A stretch of DNA of 64,000 nt from assembly GCA_963796755.1 (NCBI GenBank), contig CAWCMX010000001.1, forward strand, positions 1,491,995 to 1,555,994, given 5' to 3'. Shown one piece after another: positions 41,172-54,910 of the stretch. Below the pieces are notes generated by a model. That model was not told the DNA's origin, ran no database searches, and saw only the letters and a list, made by a program, of their open reading frames with translations. This DNA comes from an uncultured Acidimicrobiia bacterium (GTDB taxonomy: Bacteria; Actinomycetota; Acidimicrobiia; IMCC26256; JAENVU01). The position numbers and the translations under genes were made by a program. The first letter of the stretch is position 1; every line of letters starts with the position of its first letter.

Positions 41172-41299
41172 ACCACGGCTATGCGCGTCGCCACCCACTC
41201 GCGTCGCGACAACCCCGCATTGAAAATGCAAGTGCGTGGATCACATCGGGGTGGGGGCGCTGTCGCGAAACCGAAGGTGCGAAGCGCATAAGAGACGAC

Positions 41300-41536
41300 A
41301 TGAATGAAGACTCGAGCGCAGGGCACGAAGTGGAACGAGGGGCTGGGGTGGGGGCCGACGTCGAGCCTCTGTTGCTGACGATCCCGGAGGCCGCGAGGGC
41401 GTTGGCGATCGGCCGGACGACGCTTTACGAGCTGATCGGCGATCGACGGATCGAGGTCGTGCACATCGGACGCTGCGCCCGCGTTCCCCTCGACGCGATA
41501 CGAACGTTCGTCGAGGATCAGCGAGTCAGCCGATGA
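41300..41536 (+). CDS. xis: Excisionase / helix-turn-helix DNA-binding protein
   Basis: Reads ..LLTIPEAARALAIGRTTLYELIGDRRIEVVHIGRCARVPLDAIRTFV.. and lies directly upstream of int on the same strand. Confidence 0.75.
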   Translation: MNEDSSAGHEVERGAGVGADVEPLLLTIPEAARALAIGRTTLYELIGDRRIEVVHIGRCARVPLDAIRTFVEDQRVSR

Positions 41537-41608
41537 CCAGGTACCGTGGCGATCCTTCCCTCCTCAGATCATGGCTCGTCGACGCCGGCCCGCTCGGGGG
41601 AGATTGAC

Positions 41609-42647
41609 GTGGCGCACATCGCGAAACGATCGACGCGGGGCGGCCCTCGCTACGAGGTCCGGTATCGCGCACCTGACGGGCGCGAACGGTCGAGGACCTT
41701 TCGCACGCGCCGTGACGCGGACCGGTTCGTCGTCACGATCGAAGCCGACATGTTGCGCGGCGCATGGGTGGATCCCCAGGCTGGTCGGATCACCCTCGAG
41801 GAGTACGCGAGGACCTGGCTGGCCACACGACCGGGGCTACTCCTCCGCACCCGCGAGACCTACGAGTCTCAGCTGCGGCGTCACATCCTCCCGGCTCTTG
41901 GTCCCGTCAACCTCAATGCCCTCACGCCCCGTTTCATTCGAGAGTGGTACAGGCAACCTTGTGGCGTCGAAGTCCGTCAGCGCCAACACCGCGGCCAAGT
42001 GCTATCGCCTGCTCCGAACGATTCTCGGAACCGCGGTGCACGACGAGCTCATCGTCTCGAACCCGTGCAAGCTGGCTGGCGCGGGCGTTGAGCGAGCGGC
42101 GGAGCGGCCGACTGCCACAGTGGTGGAGGTGCTCGCAGCCGCAGAGGGGATGCCGCCGCACATGCGCCTCCTCGTCCTCGTTGCGGGCTTCTGTGGGCTC
42201 CGGGTCGGAGAGCTGCTGGGACTCGAGCGGCGCCACGTCAATCTTCTCCACGGCCTCCTCACCGTCGAGCAGCAGGAGCACCAGTTGAGCGACGGTCGGT
42301 TGATCCTCGGCCCGCCGAAGAGCGAGGCGGGTCGACGGACCATCTCCGTTCCGCCCTTCCTCCTCGTCGACGTCGAGGCTCATCTCGACGCGTTCACCGC
42401 GGTTCCTCCCGAGGCGCGCGTGTTCAGAGGTGAGCGCGGCGGAGCGTTGCGACGTCATGTGATCCAGAAGCACTGGGAGCGCGCCCGCAGCGCGGCGGGC
42501 CTGCCGGCGACCTTTCGATTCCACGACCTGCGGCATACCGCCAACACCCTCACGGCAGCGAGCGGCGCGAGCACGAAGGAGCTCATGCACCGCATGGGTC
42601 ACGCGTCCTCGCAGGCCGCGATTCGTTATCAGCACGCGACGACGTGA
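41609..42647 (+). CDS. int: Tyrosine-type site-specific integrase; one apparent frameshift near 41940 and a probable second at the 3' end
   Basis: GTG 41609 follows GGGGGAG. The N-terminal SAM-like domain reads ITLEEYARTWL..YESQLRRHILPALG. The catalytic region reads GLRVGELLGLERRHV.., FRFHDLRHTANTL, MGHASSQAAIRYQH. The tail (RDASLARALGDLVEA) continues in ORF 42644..42844. Confidence 0.85.
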
Positions 42648-42717
42648 AGCGAGACGCGTCGTTGGCTCGTGCCCTCGGCGACCTCGTCGAGGCGTCCCGA
42701 TGGGCCTCGTGGGACAC

Positions 42718-42729
42718 CCGCGGGATGGA
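42718..42729 (+). repeat. Third copy of the CCGCGGGATGGA arm-type motif
   Basis: This is the same 12-mer, in the same orientation, as 37063-37074. It lies about 67-78 bp from the core repeat at the right end. Confidence 0.5.
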
Positions 42730-42795
42730 CGGCGTCGAGAGCCTCGAAGATGGAGCCGCGATTGAAGATTCGTTGCCGGTGACCAGCGACGATGT

Positions 42796-42869
42796 TGGAG
42801 CGGGTGACGAGAATCGAACTCGCGTTCTCAGCTTGGGAAGCTGATGTTCTGCCTCTGAACTACACCCGC
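42796..42869 (-). tRNA. tRNA-Gly (anticodon CCC), CCA encoded
   Basis: Minus strand reads GCGGGTG-TA-GTTC-AGAGGCA-GAAC-A-TCAGC-TTCCCAA-GCTGA-GAAC-GCGAG-TTCGATT-CTCGT-CACCCGC-T-CCA. This folds as a 74-nt cloverleaf whose anticodon loop is TT-CCC-AA. Confidence 0.9.
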
Positions 42870-43026
42870 GGGGGGACGGCGCGATTCGTGGCGCGAGATC
42901 CTCGGATCCCGTCGTCTCCTCGGGGCGGCAGCGTATCCGACGACCGTTCTTCGGCTTCGTGAGCATCGGTGGCCCGTTGGCGTCGGCCTCGGAGCGCCCG
43001 GAGGTGAATCGGTAGGCTCCCGCCCC

Positions 43027-43601
43027 GTGATCCTCTCGGACCGTTCCATCAGGGAAGCCCTCGCCGCCGATCGGATCGTCATCGAGCCGCTCGAGGACCG
43101 CGACGTGCAGCCGTCGTCCGTCGACCTGCACATCGACCGGTACTTCCGGGTGTTCCGGAACGACACGACGCCCTACATCGATCCGAAGCAGCCCCAGGAG
43201 GACCTCACCGAGCTCGTCGAGATCGAGGACGACGCGGCGTTCATCCTGCACCCGGGCGAGTTCGTGCTCGGCTCGACGTTCGAGCGCGTCGCGCTCCCGG
43301 ACGACCTGGTGGCCCGGCTCGAGGGGAAGTCGTCGCTCGGACGCCTCGGGCTCCTGATCCACAGCACCGCCGGGTTCGTCGACGCCGGGTGGGACGGGCA
43401 CCTCACCCTCGAGCTGTCCAACGTCGCCAACCTCCCGATCGCCCTGTACCCGAGGATGAAGATCGGCCAGATCTCGTTCTTCGAGATGTCCACGTCGGCC
43501 GACCACCCGTACGGCAGCAAGGAGAAGGGGTCCAAGTACCAGGGGCAGCGCGGGCCGACGCCCAGCCGGTACTACCTCAACTTCCGCGATCCGCGGAGTG
43601 A
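43027..43601 (+). CDS. dcd: dCTP deaminase; true stop probably the TGA at 43599-43601, hidden by an indel near the 3' end
   Basis: Reads [66 protein letters not shown]. The listed ORF runs on into tag with no homology, while a GTGA overlap with the tag start exists in the +2 frame. Confidence 0.85.
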
Positions 43602-44191
43602 GCCGCCCGCCGGTCCGCTGCTCCTGGGCGGGCACCGACCCGGCGATGATCGCGTACCACGACGACGAGTGGGGCGTCCCGCAGCACGACGACCGGCGGC
43701 TGTTCGAGAAGATCACGCTCGAGGGCGCGCAGGCCGGCCTCTCGTGGTCGACGATCCTGCACCGCCGGGAGGGCTACCGCCACGCGTTCGCCGGCTTCGA
43801 TCCGGTCAAGGTCGCGCGCTTCAGTCCGGCGAAGGTCGAACGGCTGATGCTCGATCCCGGCATCATCCGGAACCGGGCGAAGATCGAGTCCACGATCGCC
43901 AACGTGCGTGCGGTGAAGGTCGTGCAGCGCGAGCTCGGCAGCCTCGACGCGTACCTGTGGTCGTTCGTCGGGGGGACCACCATCGTGAACCACCATCGCG
44001 ACCTGTCGACCCTTGACGCGCAGACCGCGATCTCGAAGGCGATGAGCAAGGACATGAAGCAGCGCGGGTTCCGCTTCGTCGGCCCGACGACCATGTACGC
44101 GCTGATGCAGTCCGTCGGCATGGTCAACGACCACATGACCAGCTGCTTTCGGTGGAGACAGCTGGGCGGGAAGCAGCTGGGCGGGAGGTAG
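43598..44191 (+). CDS. tag: DNA-3-methyladenine glycosylase I
   Basis: Intact 197-aa ORF reading [43 protein letters not shown]... Confidence 0.85.
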   Translation: MSRPPVRCSWAGTDPAMIAYHDDEWGVPQHDDRRLFEKITLEGAQAGLSWSTILHRREGYRHAFAGFDPVKVARFSPAKVERLMLDPGIIRNRAKIESTIANVRAVKVVQRELGSLDAYLWSFVGGTTIVNHHRDLSTLDAQTAISKAMSKDMKQRGFRFVGPTTMYALMQSVGMVNDHMTSCFRWRQLGGKQLGGR

Positions 44192-44258
44192 CCGGCTCCG
44201 GTCACGACGTGTCCGACTTCTTCAAGACCTCGAAATCGGATCTTCGTAGGCTGGCCCC

Positions 44259-44661
44259 ATGACACCCACCTTCTTCTTCATCGGCATCGTGGTCGCAGAC
44301 ATGGAGGCGTCGCTGGCCTTCTACCGGAGGGTCGGCCTCGAGATTCCCGCTGACGCCGACGGCCAGCCCCACGTCGACATCGAGCTCCCCGGAGGGCTGC
44401 ATGTCGCTTGGGACACGGAGACCACCATCCGCTCCTTCGACGAGTCCTGGGTGCGGCCGTCCGGCGGCCATCGCATCGCGCTCGGCGTTCGCGTGCGGCA
44501 CTCCGGCCGACGTCGACGCGACCTATGCCGAGCTGGTCGGATCGGGGGTCACCGGCCACCTCGCGCCCTGGGACGCGTTCTGGGGTCAACGGTACGCGGT
44601 CGTCCTGGACCCGGACGGCAACCACGTCGAGCTGTGCGCCCCGATCGACGTCACGTCATGA
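44259..44661 (+). CDS. VOC/glyoxalase family protein; one apparent frameshift near 44480
   Basis: Reads FFFIGIVVADMEASLAFYRRVGLEIP.., then ..DVDATYAELVGSGVTGHLAPWDAFWGQRYAVVLDPDGNHVEL. Confidence 0.7.
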
Positions 44662-45325
44662 GCTCGGTGAGCGGCACCCCCGCCATGTCCCTGATCTCAC
44701 GCGACAGGTGGGGCTGGTCCGCATAGCCCGCGCGGACCGCAGAGTCGGCGGTGCGCGCACCCCGCCGGATGAGGTCGAGCGCGCGTTGCATGCGCAAGAT
44801 CCGGTGGAGGGTCTTGGTGCCGTAGCCGAACGCGGCGGTGCTCCGGCGTTGCAGCTGACGGGGGCTGTACCCGACCCGGCGGGCGATCGTCGCGCTGTTG
44901 CACCCGGCTCGGGCAAGGGCAACGACGTCGTCGATGAGCACGGCGGCATCATCCCCCGGAGCGCAACGACGCAGCGCGACGTCTTCGAGGGTCACCGCAG
45001 GATCCGAGCTCGCCACGAGGAGATCCGTGATGTGCCGCACCTCGTCGGGAGCCCACACGGCGTCCAACGGAACGCGCTGGTTCGTGAACGCGTCGGCCGG
45101 AGCGCCGAGGACCCGCGGCGCGAACCCTGGTGCGAACCGCAAGCCGACGAGTGACGAGTCACGCCCCGAGCGAAACACGTGCGCACGCGTATCGGGCCCC
45201 GCGATGACGACGGCATGGCCGTCCCAGAGCAGGTCCATGCAGCCGTCCGGAAGGACGCGGACCCCGTCGCCGGTCGAGCGCGACGACCAGATGAAGCCCC
45301 CCTGCACTCGACTCGGTCGCTCCAT
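44651..45325 (-). CDS. AraC family transcriptional regulator
   Basis: The 224-aa reading from ATG 45325 carries a C-terminal AraC HTH (..ATIARRVGYSPRQLQRRSTAAFGYGTKTLHRILRMQRAL..AGYADQPHLSREIRDMAGV). Confidence 0.75.
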   Translation of the reverse strand: MERPSRVQGGFIWSSRSTGDGVRVLPDGCMDLLWDGHAVVIAGPDTRAHVFRSGRDSSLVGLRFAPGFAPRVLGAPADAFTNQRVPLDAVWAPDEVRHITDLLVASSDPAVTLEDVALRRCAPGDDAAVLIDDVVALARAGCNSATIARRVGYSPRQLQRRSTAAFGYGTKTLHRILRMQRALDLIRRGARTADSAVRAGYADQPHLSREIRDMAGVPLTELMT

Positions 45326-45372
45326 GTACACGACACGATCTTGCCATCTGGTCCGGAGTCCGGACGAAGGAG

Positions 45373-47605
45373 CTAGACGCCGGGCTTGCGTTCGATGGTG
45401 ACGGGTGAGACGAGCGTGCTCTCGTTCTCCAGCGCCTCGAGGAGCATCTCCGCGATGTCCTGGACCTTCACGTCCTCGTCCTTGCCCTCGCCCTTCACGC
45501 CGTCGTCCATCATCACGTAGCAGAAGGGGCACGCCACCGCGATCCGCTCCGCACCGGTCGCGATCGCCTCCTGCGCGCGCTCGACGTTCACCTTCTTGCC
45601 GATCGTCTCTTCCATCCACATGCGCGCGCCGCCGGCACCACAGCACATGCCCTTCGTGCCGTTGCGGGGCATCTCGACGATGTCGATCCCCTTGAGGTTG
45701 CCGATCACGTTGCGCGGCGCGAGGTACACGTCGTTGTGGCGGCCGAGGTAGCACGAGTCGTGGTAGGTGACCCGCTCGGCGAGCGACGCGCCGGCCATGG
45801 ACAGCCGACCGTCGGCGATCAGCTCCATCAGCAGCTCGCGAGTGGTGCACGACCTCGTAGTTGCCGCCGAGCTGCGGGTACTCGTTCTTCAACGTGTTGA
45901 AGCAGTGCGGGCACTGCGTGATGATCTTGCGCACCCCGAGCCCGTCGAGCGCCTCGATGTTCTGCATCGCGAGCATCTGGAAGATGTACTCGTTGCCCGA
46001 GCGGCGCGCGGGGTCTCCGGTGCAGAGCTCGCTCGGACCGAGGATCGCGAAGTCGATGTTCGCCCGCTGCAGCAGCTTGCGCGACGGCGCGGCTGGTCTT
46101 CTTGTTGCGATCGTCGAAGGAGCCCGCGCACCCGATCCAATACAGGTACTCGTGGTCGAGGTCTCCGCCGGGGTCGACGATCTCGACGCCCTCGAGGTCG
46201 GCCGACCAGTCGCCCCGCTCGGCCTGGTTCATCCCGTAGACGTTGCCGGAGTTCTCCATCGACCGATAGGTGTTGCCGAGCTCGACGGGGAAGTCGCTCT
46301 CCATCAGGGAGAGGTATCGGCGCATGTCGAGGATCTTGTCGAGGATCTCGATGTTCACCGGGCAGATCTCGTCGCACGCCTTGCACGTCGTGCACGACCA
46401 CAGCTCGGCGGAGGTGATCCGCTCGAAGAGGTTGTCCGCCGTGACCCTGATCTCGATGTCGGTGCCGACCGGAGGTGTCACCGGAGGGGTGCCGGTCGCG
46501 GCCATGACCTCGCCGGTCTTCAGCACGATCTCGCGCGGGTCGAGGGGCTTGCCCGGTCGCGTGCGCCGGGCACACGGACGTGCACCGCCCACAGATCGTG
46601 CAGGCGTCCGTGTCGAACAGCTGCTTCCAGGTGAAGTCCTCGACCGTCGACGCGCCGAACGTCTCGAGCTCGGTCTCCATGAGGTTCGGCATCTCGCGCA
46701 TCGCGCCCTTGGGGCGCGGGCGGTCCTTCAGGTACATGTTCATCGGGCTCGTGATCATGTGGCGCAGCATCGTGGTCGGCAGGATCACGAGGAAGGCGAG
46801 GAACGCGACGACGTGGACGCCCCAGGACCAGCGGTGCGCGTCCCGCAGCCCTCCGAGGGTCCAGCCGTCGACGACGTGCGAGAGCGCCCAGCCGACGAAG
46901 GACCACTTCTCGAAGTTCGCCGCCGGGCCGGTCGCGCTGCGCAGCGCCGCGATGCGGAAGGCCTCGGTGGTGAACCCGGTGACGGCGATGACGAGGAACG
47001 TCACCAGGATCACGAGGTGCTCGGGCTTGGTCTTGATGCGGATCCGGTAGGGGCGCTGGCCGTACCGCCGGGCGAACGCCCACAGGATCCCGATGAGGAA
47101 GATGAGCCCGAACAGGTCGCCGGTGAACGCGTAGCGCCTCGTAGGTCCGGCCGTGCAGGAACTTCAGCGAGCCCGGCAGCTGGTGGTCGATCTCGAGGAC
47201 GACCGTGATGACGAAGAGGACCAGGAAGCCGAAGTAGATGAAGGAGTGCATGATCCCGGCCGCCGGGTCCCGCAGCAACGTGCGCATCCAGACGCCCCTG
47301 CGGAAGTCCCGCATGCGCCGGTGGAGGTTGCCCTTGTTGGTGCGCCGGTTGTCCGGCTTGCCCCGTTCGTAGTTGCGCACCCGCAGCGAGACCAGCCAGG
47401 AGACGAGGAACAGCCCGGTGGCGACCGCGAGGTAGAAGGCCACCTCGAGTGGCCTCGGGATGTTGAAGAACACCTCGCGCTGGATCGGCGAGTCGTGGTG
47501 CCAGCCCGTCAGCTCCGGGGCGATGCCCGATGCGAGGGTCCCGAGCGCGGCGAGGAAGCCGATGAGCAGGACGGTCTGATGCGGCCGAGGCAGGTACCTG
47601 CGCAT
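45373..47605 (-). CDS. Membrane-anchored (Fe-S)-binding oxidoreductase: NarI-like TM domain, 2x[4Fe-4S] and two CCG domains, HdrD/Rv0338c-like; about four apparent frameshifts
   Basis: TM N-terminus, then ferredoxin motifs CTICGRCTSVCP and CTTCKACDEICP. CCG-type motifs are YWIGCAG.., ITQCPHCFNTL, YHDSCYLGR and VACPFCY. Confidence 0.8.
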
Positions 47606-47614
47606 GGCGGGAAC

Positions 47615-48068
47615 CTACCGCGACGGGTTGGCGACGCGGCTCACTGGACGGATTTTGCGTCCGAGCTCCCGCAGCCGGCGGGCCATGCCCGCGAGCAGCT
47701 TGCGCGCGAAGCCGGGGACCTCGTCGATCAACCCGCCGAACTCACGCTGGCCGAGCACGACGACCTCCATCGGGGTCTGCGCGGTCACGGTCGCGTTGCG
47801 GGGCGCCTTGTCGAGCAGCGCGAGCTCGCCGAACGCGCCGCCCGGTCCGAGCGTCGCGACCTTCCGGCCCCGGCGGGTGACGTTCGCGCTCCCGTCGATG
47901 ATCACGAAGAACTCGCTGCCAGTGGAGCCTTCGCTGACCAGGACCCGGCCCGGCTCGACCTTCACGTCCTCGGCACGGCGCGCCACGAGCGGCGAGCTCC
48001 TTGCGGGAGAGGGCCGAGAAGAGCGGCACCTGGGCGAGGTGGTCGAGGAAGGAATCACGGCGCGACAT
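47615..48068 (-). CDS. Cyclic-nucleotide-binding domain protein; one apparent frameshift near 47995
   Basis: Reads LAQVPLFSALSRKELA.. then ..VEPGRVLVSEGSTGSEFFVIIDGSANVTRRGRKVATLGPGGAFGELALL...RNATVTA. No HTH follows. Confidence 0.7.
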
Positions 48069-48157
48069 GGCGGGGAATCTAAACGAGCCGGTCCCACGGG
48101 CGAAAGGATGTCGTGGAGAACTGTCGTTTCGGGGGGAATACGGCCTGGCTGCTACAA

Positions 48158-48178
48158 GTTGCTAGTGATCGACTCAAG
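48158..48178. promoter_or_regulatory. HAIR-like (HspR operator) candidate upstream of dnaK
   Basis: GTTGCTA-GTGATCG-ACTCAAG. The right half equals the HAIR half-site ACTCAAG. The left half keeps only TTG, giving TTG-N13-CAA spacing as in CTTGAGT-N7-ACTCAAG. Confidence 0.35.
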
Positions 48179-48247
48179 GTTTCCCCCAAGGTCACTGGCA
48201 AGAATCCAAACCCGTACTGAACACTCGAATCTCGGAGGCTCACACCC

Positions 48248-50107
<1,860 letters not shown>

Positions 50108-50109
50108 TC

Positions 50110-50659
50110 GTGCCCCGACCCGAGGACAACCTTGACCACGAGGACGCGACGGTCGACGCCGACGCGGAGCACACCAAGACGATCGGTGACTCCGCGGAGG
50201 CCGAGGCCGGCGCGGCCCTCGAAGCCGACCTGGCGCGGCTGACCGGTGAGCGCGACGAGATGCGCGGCGCTGGCCCAGCAGCTCCAGGCGGACTTCGAGA
50301 ACTACAAGAAGCAGATGCTGCGGCGCCAGACCGAGCACCTCGAGCGGGCCACGGAGGGCCTGCTCGAGCAGCTGCTCCCGGTGCTGGACTCGTTCGAGCT
50401 CGCGGTCGGCGCGTTGACCGACGTGGGCGAGAACGTCCGCAAGGGCGTCGAGCTCGTGTACGCGGAGCTGCTCGGTGTGCTGGAGAAGGCGGGCATCGAG
50501 CGGATCGACGCGGAGGGCAAGCCCTTCGACCCGACCGAGCACGAAGCGGTGCTGCAGGAAGACGGTGACGGCGAGCCCGTGGTCGCGGACATCCTCCGCA
50601 CCGGCTACCGGCTCAAGGGTCGCGTGCTGCGACCGGCAATGGTGAAGGTAGCGAGATAG
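50110..50659 (+). CDS. grpE: Nucleotide exchange factor GrpE; one apparent frameshift near 50265
   Basis: GTG lies 3 nt after the dnaK stop. The later frame reads LQADFENYKKQMLRRQ..LLPVLDSFELA..FDPTEHEAV..GYRLKGRVLRPAMV. Confidence 0.85.
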
Positions 50660-50663
50660 CTCG

Positions 50664-51836
50664 ATGGCACCGCAGCGCGAATGGTTCGACAAGGACTACT
50701 ACTCCGTGCTCGGCGTTCCCCAGGGTGCGACCGAGAAGGAGATCACGCGCGCCTATCGCAAGCTCGCGAAGGAGTACCACCCGGACGCGAACCCGGGGAA
50801 CCACGACGCCGAGGAGAAGTTCAAGGAGGTCTCGGCCGCGAACGACGTCCTCGGCGACGCCGCGAAGCGCAAGGAGTACGACGAGGTCCGACGCATGGTC
50901 GCGTCGGGTGCGTACAGCGCGCCGGGGTCGGGCGGCGGCGGGTTCAACCCGGGTGCCGGCGGCTTCACGTTCGAGGAGGGGGTCGACTTCTCGGACCTGC
51001 TCGGCGGTCTGTTCGGCGGCGGTGGTGCGCCGGGCGGTCGCGGCTTCGGGCGGGGCCGGGGCGGGCGCGGTCGCAACGCGCGCCAGGCGCCCCAGCGCGG
51101 CGCGGACCTCGAGACCGAGCTGCACCTCGACTTCACCGATGCCGTCCACGGTGTGACGACGTCCGTGTCGTTCACGGCCGAAGCCGCGTGCTCGGTGTGC
51201 AACGGCAGTGGTGCGGAGCCGGGCACCCTTCCCCAGACCTGCCCGACCTGCAACGGATCAGGGCAGGTCGCGGTCGATCAGGGACCGTTCTCGTTCTCGC
51301 AGGTCTGCCCGACCTGCGGTGGGCGCGGCGCGATCATCGAGACCCCGTGCCACCACTGCCACGGCAGCGGGGTCGAGGTCCGGCCGCGCGAGGTGAAGGT
51401 GAAGATCCCCGTCGGCGTCGACGACGGCCAGCGCATCCGGGTGAAGGGTCGCGGCGGCGCAGGCGCCAACGGCGGACCCTCGGGCGACCTCTACGTCGTG
51501 GTCCACGTGCGGCCGCACCCGATCTTCGGCCGCAAGGGCAAGCTCGACCTCACGGTGCGCGTGCCGCTGACCCTCACCGAGGCTGCGCTCGGGGCGAAGG
51601 TCAAGGTGCCGACGCTGACCGGTCCGGTGACGCTGAAGGTGAAGAGCGGGACCAAGGGCGGCACCACCCAGAAGGTCAAGGGACGCGGGATCGTCCCGGC
51701 GAAGGGCTCGACCGGCGATCTGCTGGTCACGTTCGACGTCGACGTCCCGACCAAGGTCAACGACGAGCAGCGTCACGCGCTCGAAGCGCTCGCCGCGGCG
51801 TTCCCCGAGAACCCCCGCGAGCATCTGGAGGTGTAG
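50664..51836 (+). CDS. dnaJ: Molecular chaperone DnaJ
   Basis: Intact 390-aa ORF with a J-domain (DYYSVLGV..YRKLAKEYHPDAN), a G/F region and four CxxCxGxG zinc motifs. Confidence 0.95.
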   Translation: MAPQREWFDKDYYSVLGVPQGATEKEITRAYRKLAKEYHPDANPGNHDAEEKFKEVSAANDVLGDAAKRKEYDEVRRMVASGAYSAPGSGGGGFNPGAGGFTFEEGVDFSDLLGGLFGGGGAPGGRGFGRGRGGRGRNARQAPQRGADLETELHLDFTDAVHGVTTSVSFTAEAACSVCNGSGAEPGTLPQTCPTCNGSGQVAVDQGPFSFSQVCPTCGGRGAIIETPCHHCHGSGVEVRPREVKVKIPVGVDDGQRIRVKGRGGAGANGGPSGDLYVVVHVRPHPIFGRKGKLDLTVRVPLTLTEAALGAKVKVPTLTGPVTLKVKSGTKGGTTQKVKGRGIVPAKGSTGDLLVTFDVDVPTKVNDEQRHALEALAAAFPENPREHLEV

Positions 51837-51840
51837 GACC

Positions 51841-52210
51841 GTGGCCTACGACGAGCGTGCGCTGTACATCATCTCGGTGGCCGCGGAGCTGGCCGGAGTG
51901 CACCCGCAGACCTTGCGGATCTACGAGCGCAAGGGGCTCATCCAGCCGGCGCGCACCGTCGGCCGGAGCCGCCGCTACTCGGACCGCGACATCGCGCTGC
52001 TGCGACGCATCCAGGAGCTGACCAACGACGGCGTCGGCCTCGCCGGGGTCCGCCGCATCCTCGAGCTCGAGGAAGCGGTCGGGCGCCTGACCGACGAGCT
52101 CGAGGACGCGCCGGCGCGAGGCGCGCGAAGCAGTCGAGCGCGTGCACCGCGCCTACCGGCGCGATCTCGTCCCCGTGGGCCGGGCCGCGGCGGCCACCCG
52201 CCACCGCTGA
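51841..52210 (+). CDS. hspR: Heat-shock repressor HspR (MerR family); one apparent frameshift near 52115
   Basis: Reads YIISVAAELAGVHPQTLRIYERKGLIQPARTVGRSRRYSDRDIALLRRIQELT. It occupies the last position in the dnaK operon. Confidence 0.85.
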
Positions 52211-52234
52211 TCCTCCGGGTTCGGGAATGGTGAG

Positions 52235-52255
52235 GTTGACAATCCCGTTGTCAAC
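52235..52255. promoter_or_regulatory. Perfect inverted repeat upstream of clpB; candidate HspR operator overlapping a TTGACA -35-like hexamer
   Basis: GTTGACA-ATCCCGT-TGTCAAC has a 7-N7-7 architecture identical to HAIR. It lies 39 bp upstream of the clpB ATG. Confidence 0.5.
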
Positions 52256-52293
52256 TTCGACGACCTATCGGCAGAACCCGCGAGGATTGCCCC

Positions 52294-54868
<2,575 letters not shown>

Positions 54869-54910
54869 CCCCGGCGTGCGCTTCGACGAGCCGACTAGCC
54901 TGTACCCAAC

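Larger units (their letters stand above)
36914..42839. mobile_element. Integrative mobilizable element (about 5.9 kb) inserted in the 3' half of tRNA-Gly(CCC)
   Basis: A perfect 44-bp direct repeat lies at 36914-36957 and 42796-42839. The tyrosine integrase and excisionase sit next to the intact tRNA. The element carries a TrwC/MobF relaxase-helicase and has lower GC (about 57-60%) in the 37.2-38.3 kb cargo. No T4SS or FtsK-type transfer genes are present. Confidence 0.8.

Noticed and set aside
42644-42844. A 66-aa ORF between int and the tRNA could be an independent gene.
   Set aside because: Its N-terminus (RDASLARALGDLVEA) reads like the usual continuation of tyrosine-integrase C-termini after ..YQHAT... 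It is most likely the integrase tail displaced by an indel. It runs into the tRNA, so its true stop is unclear.
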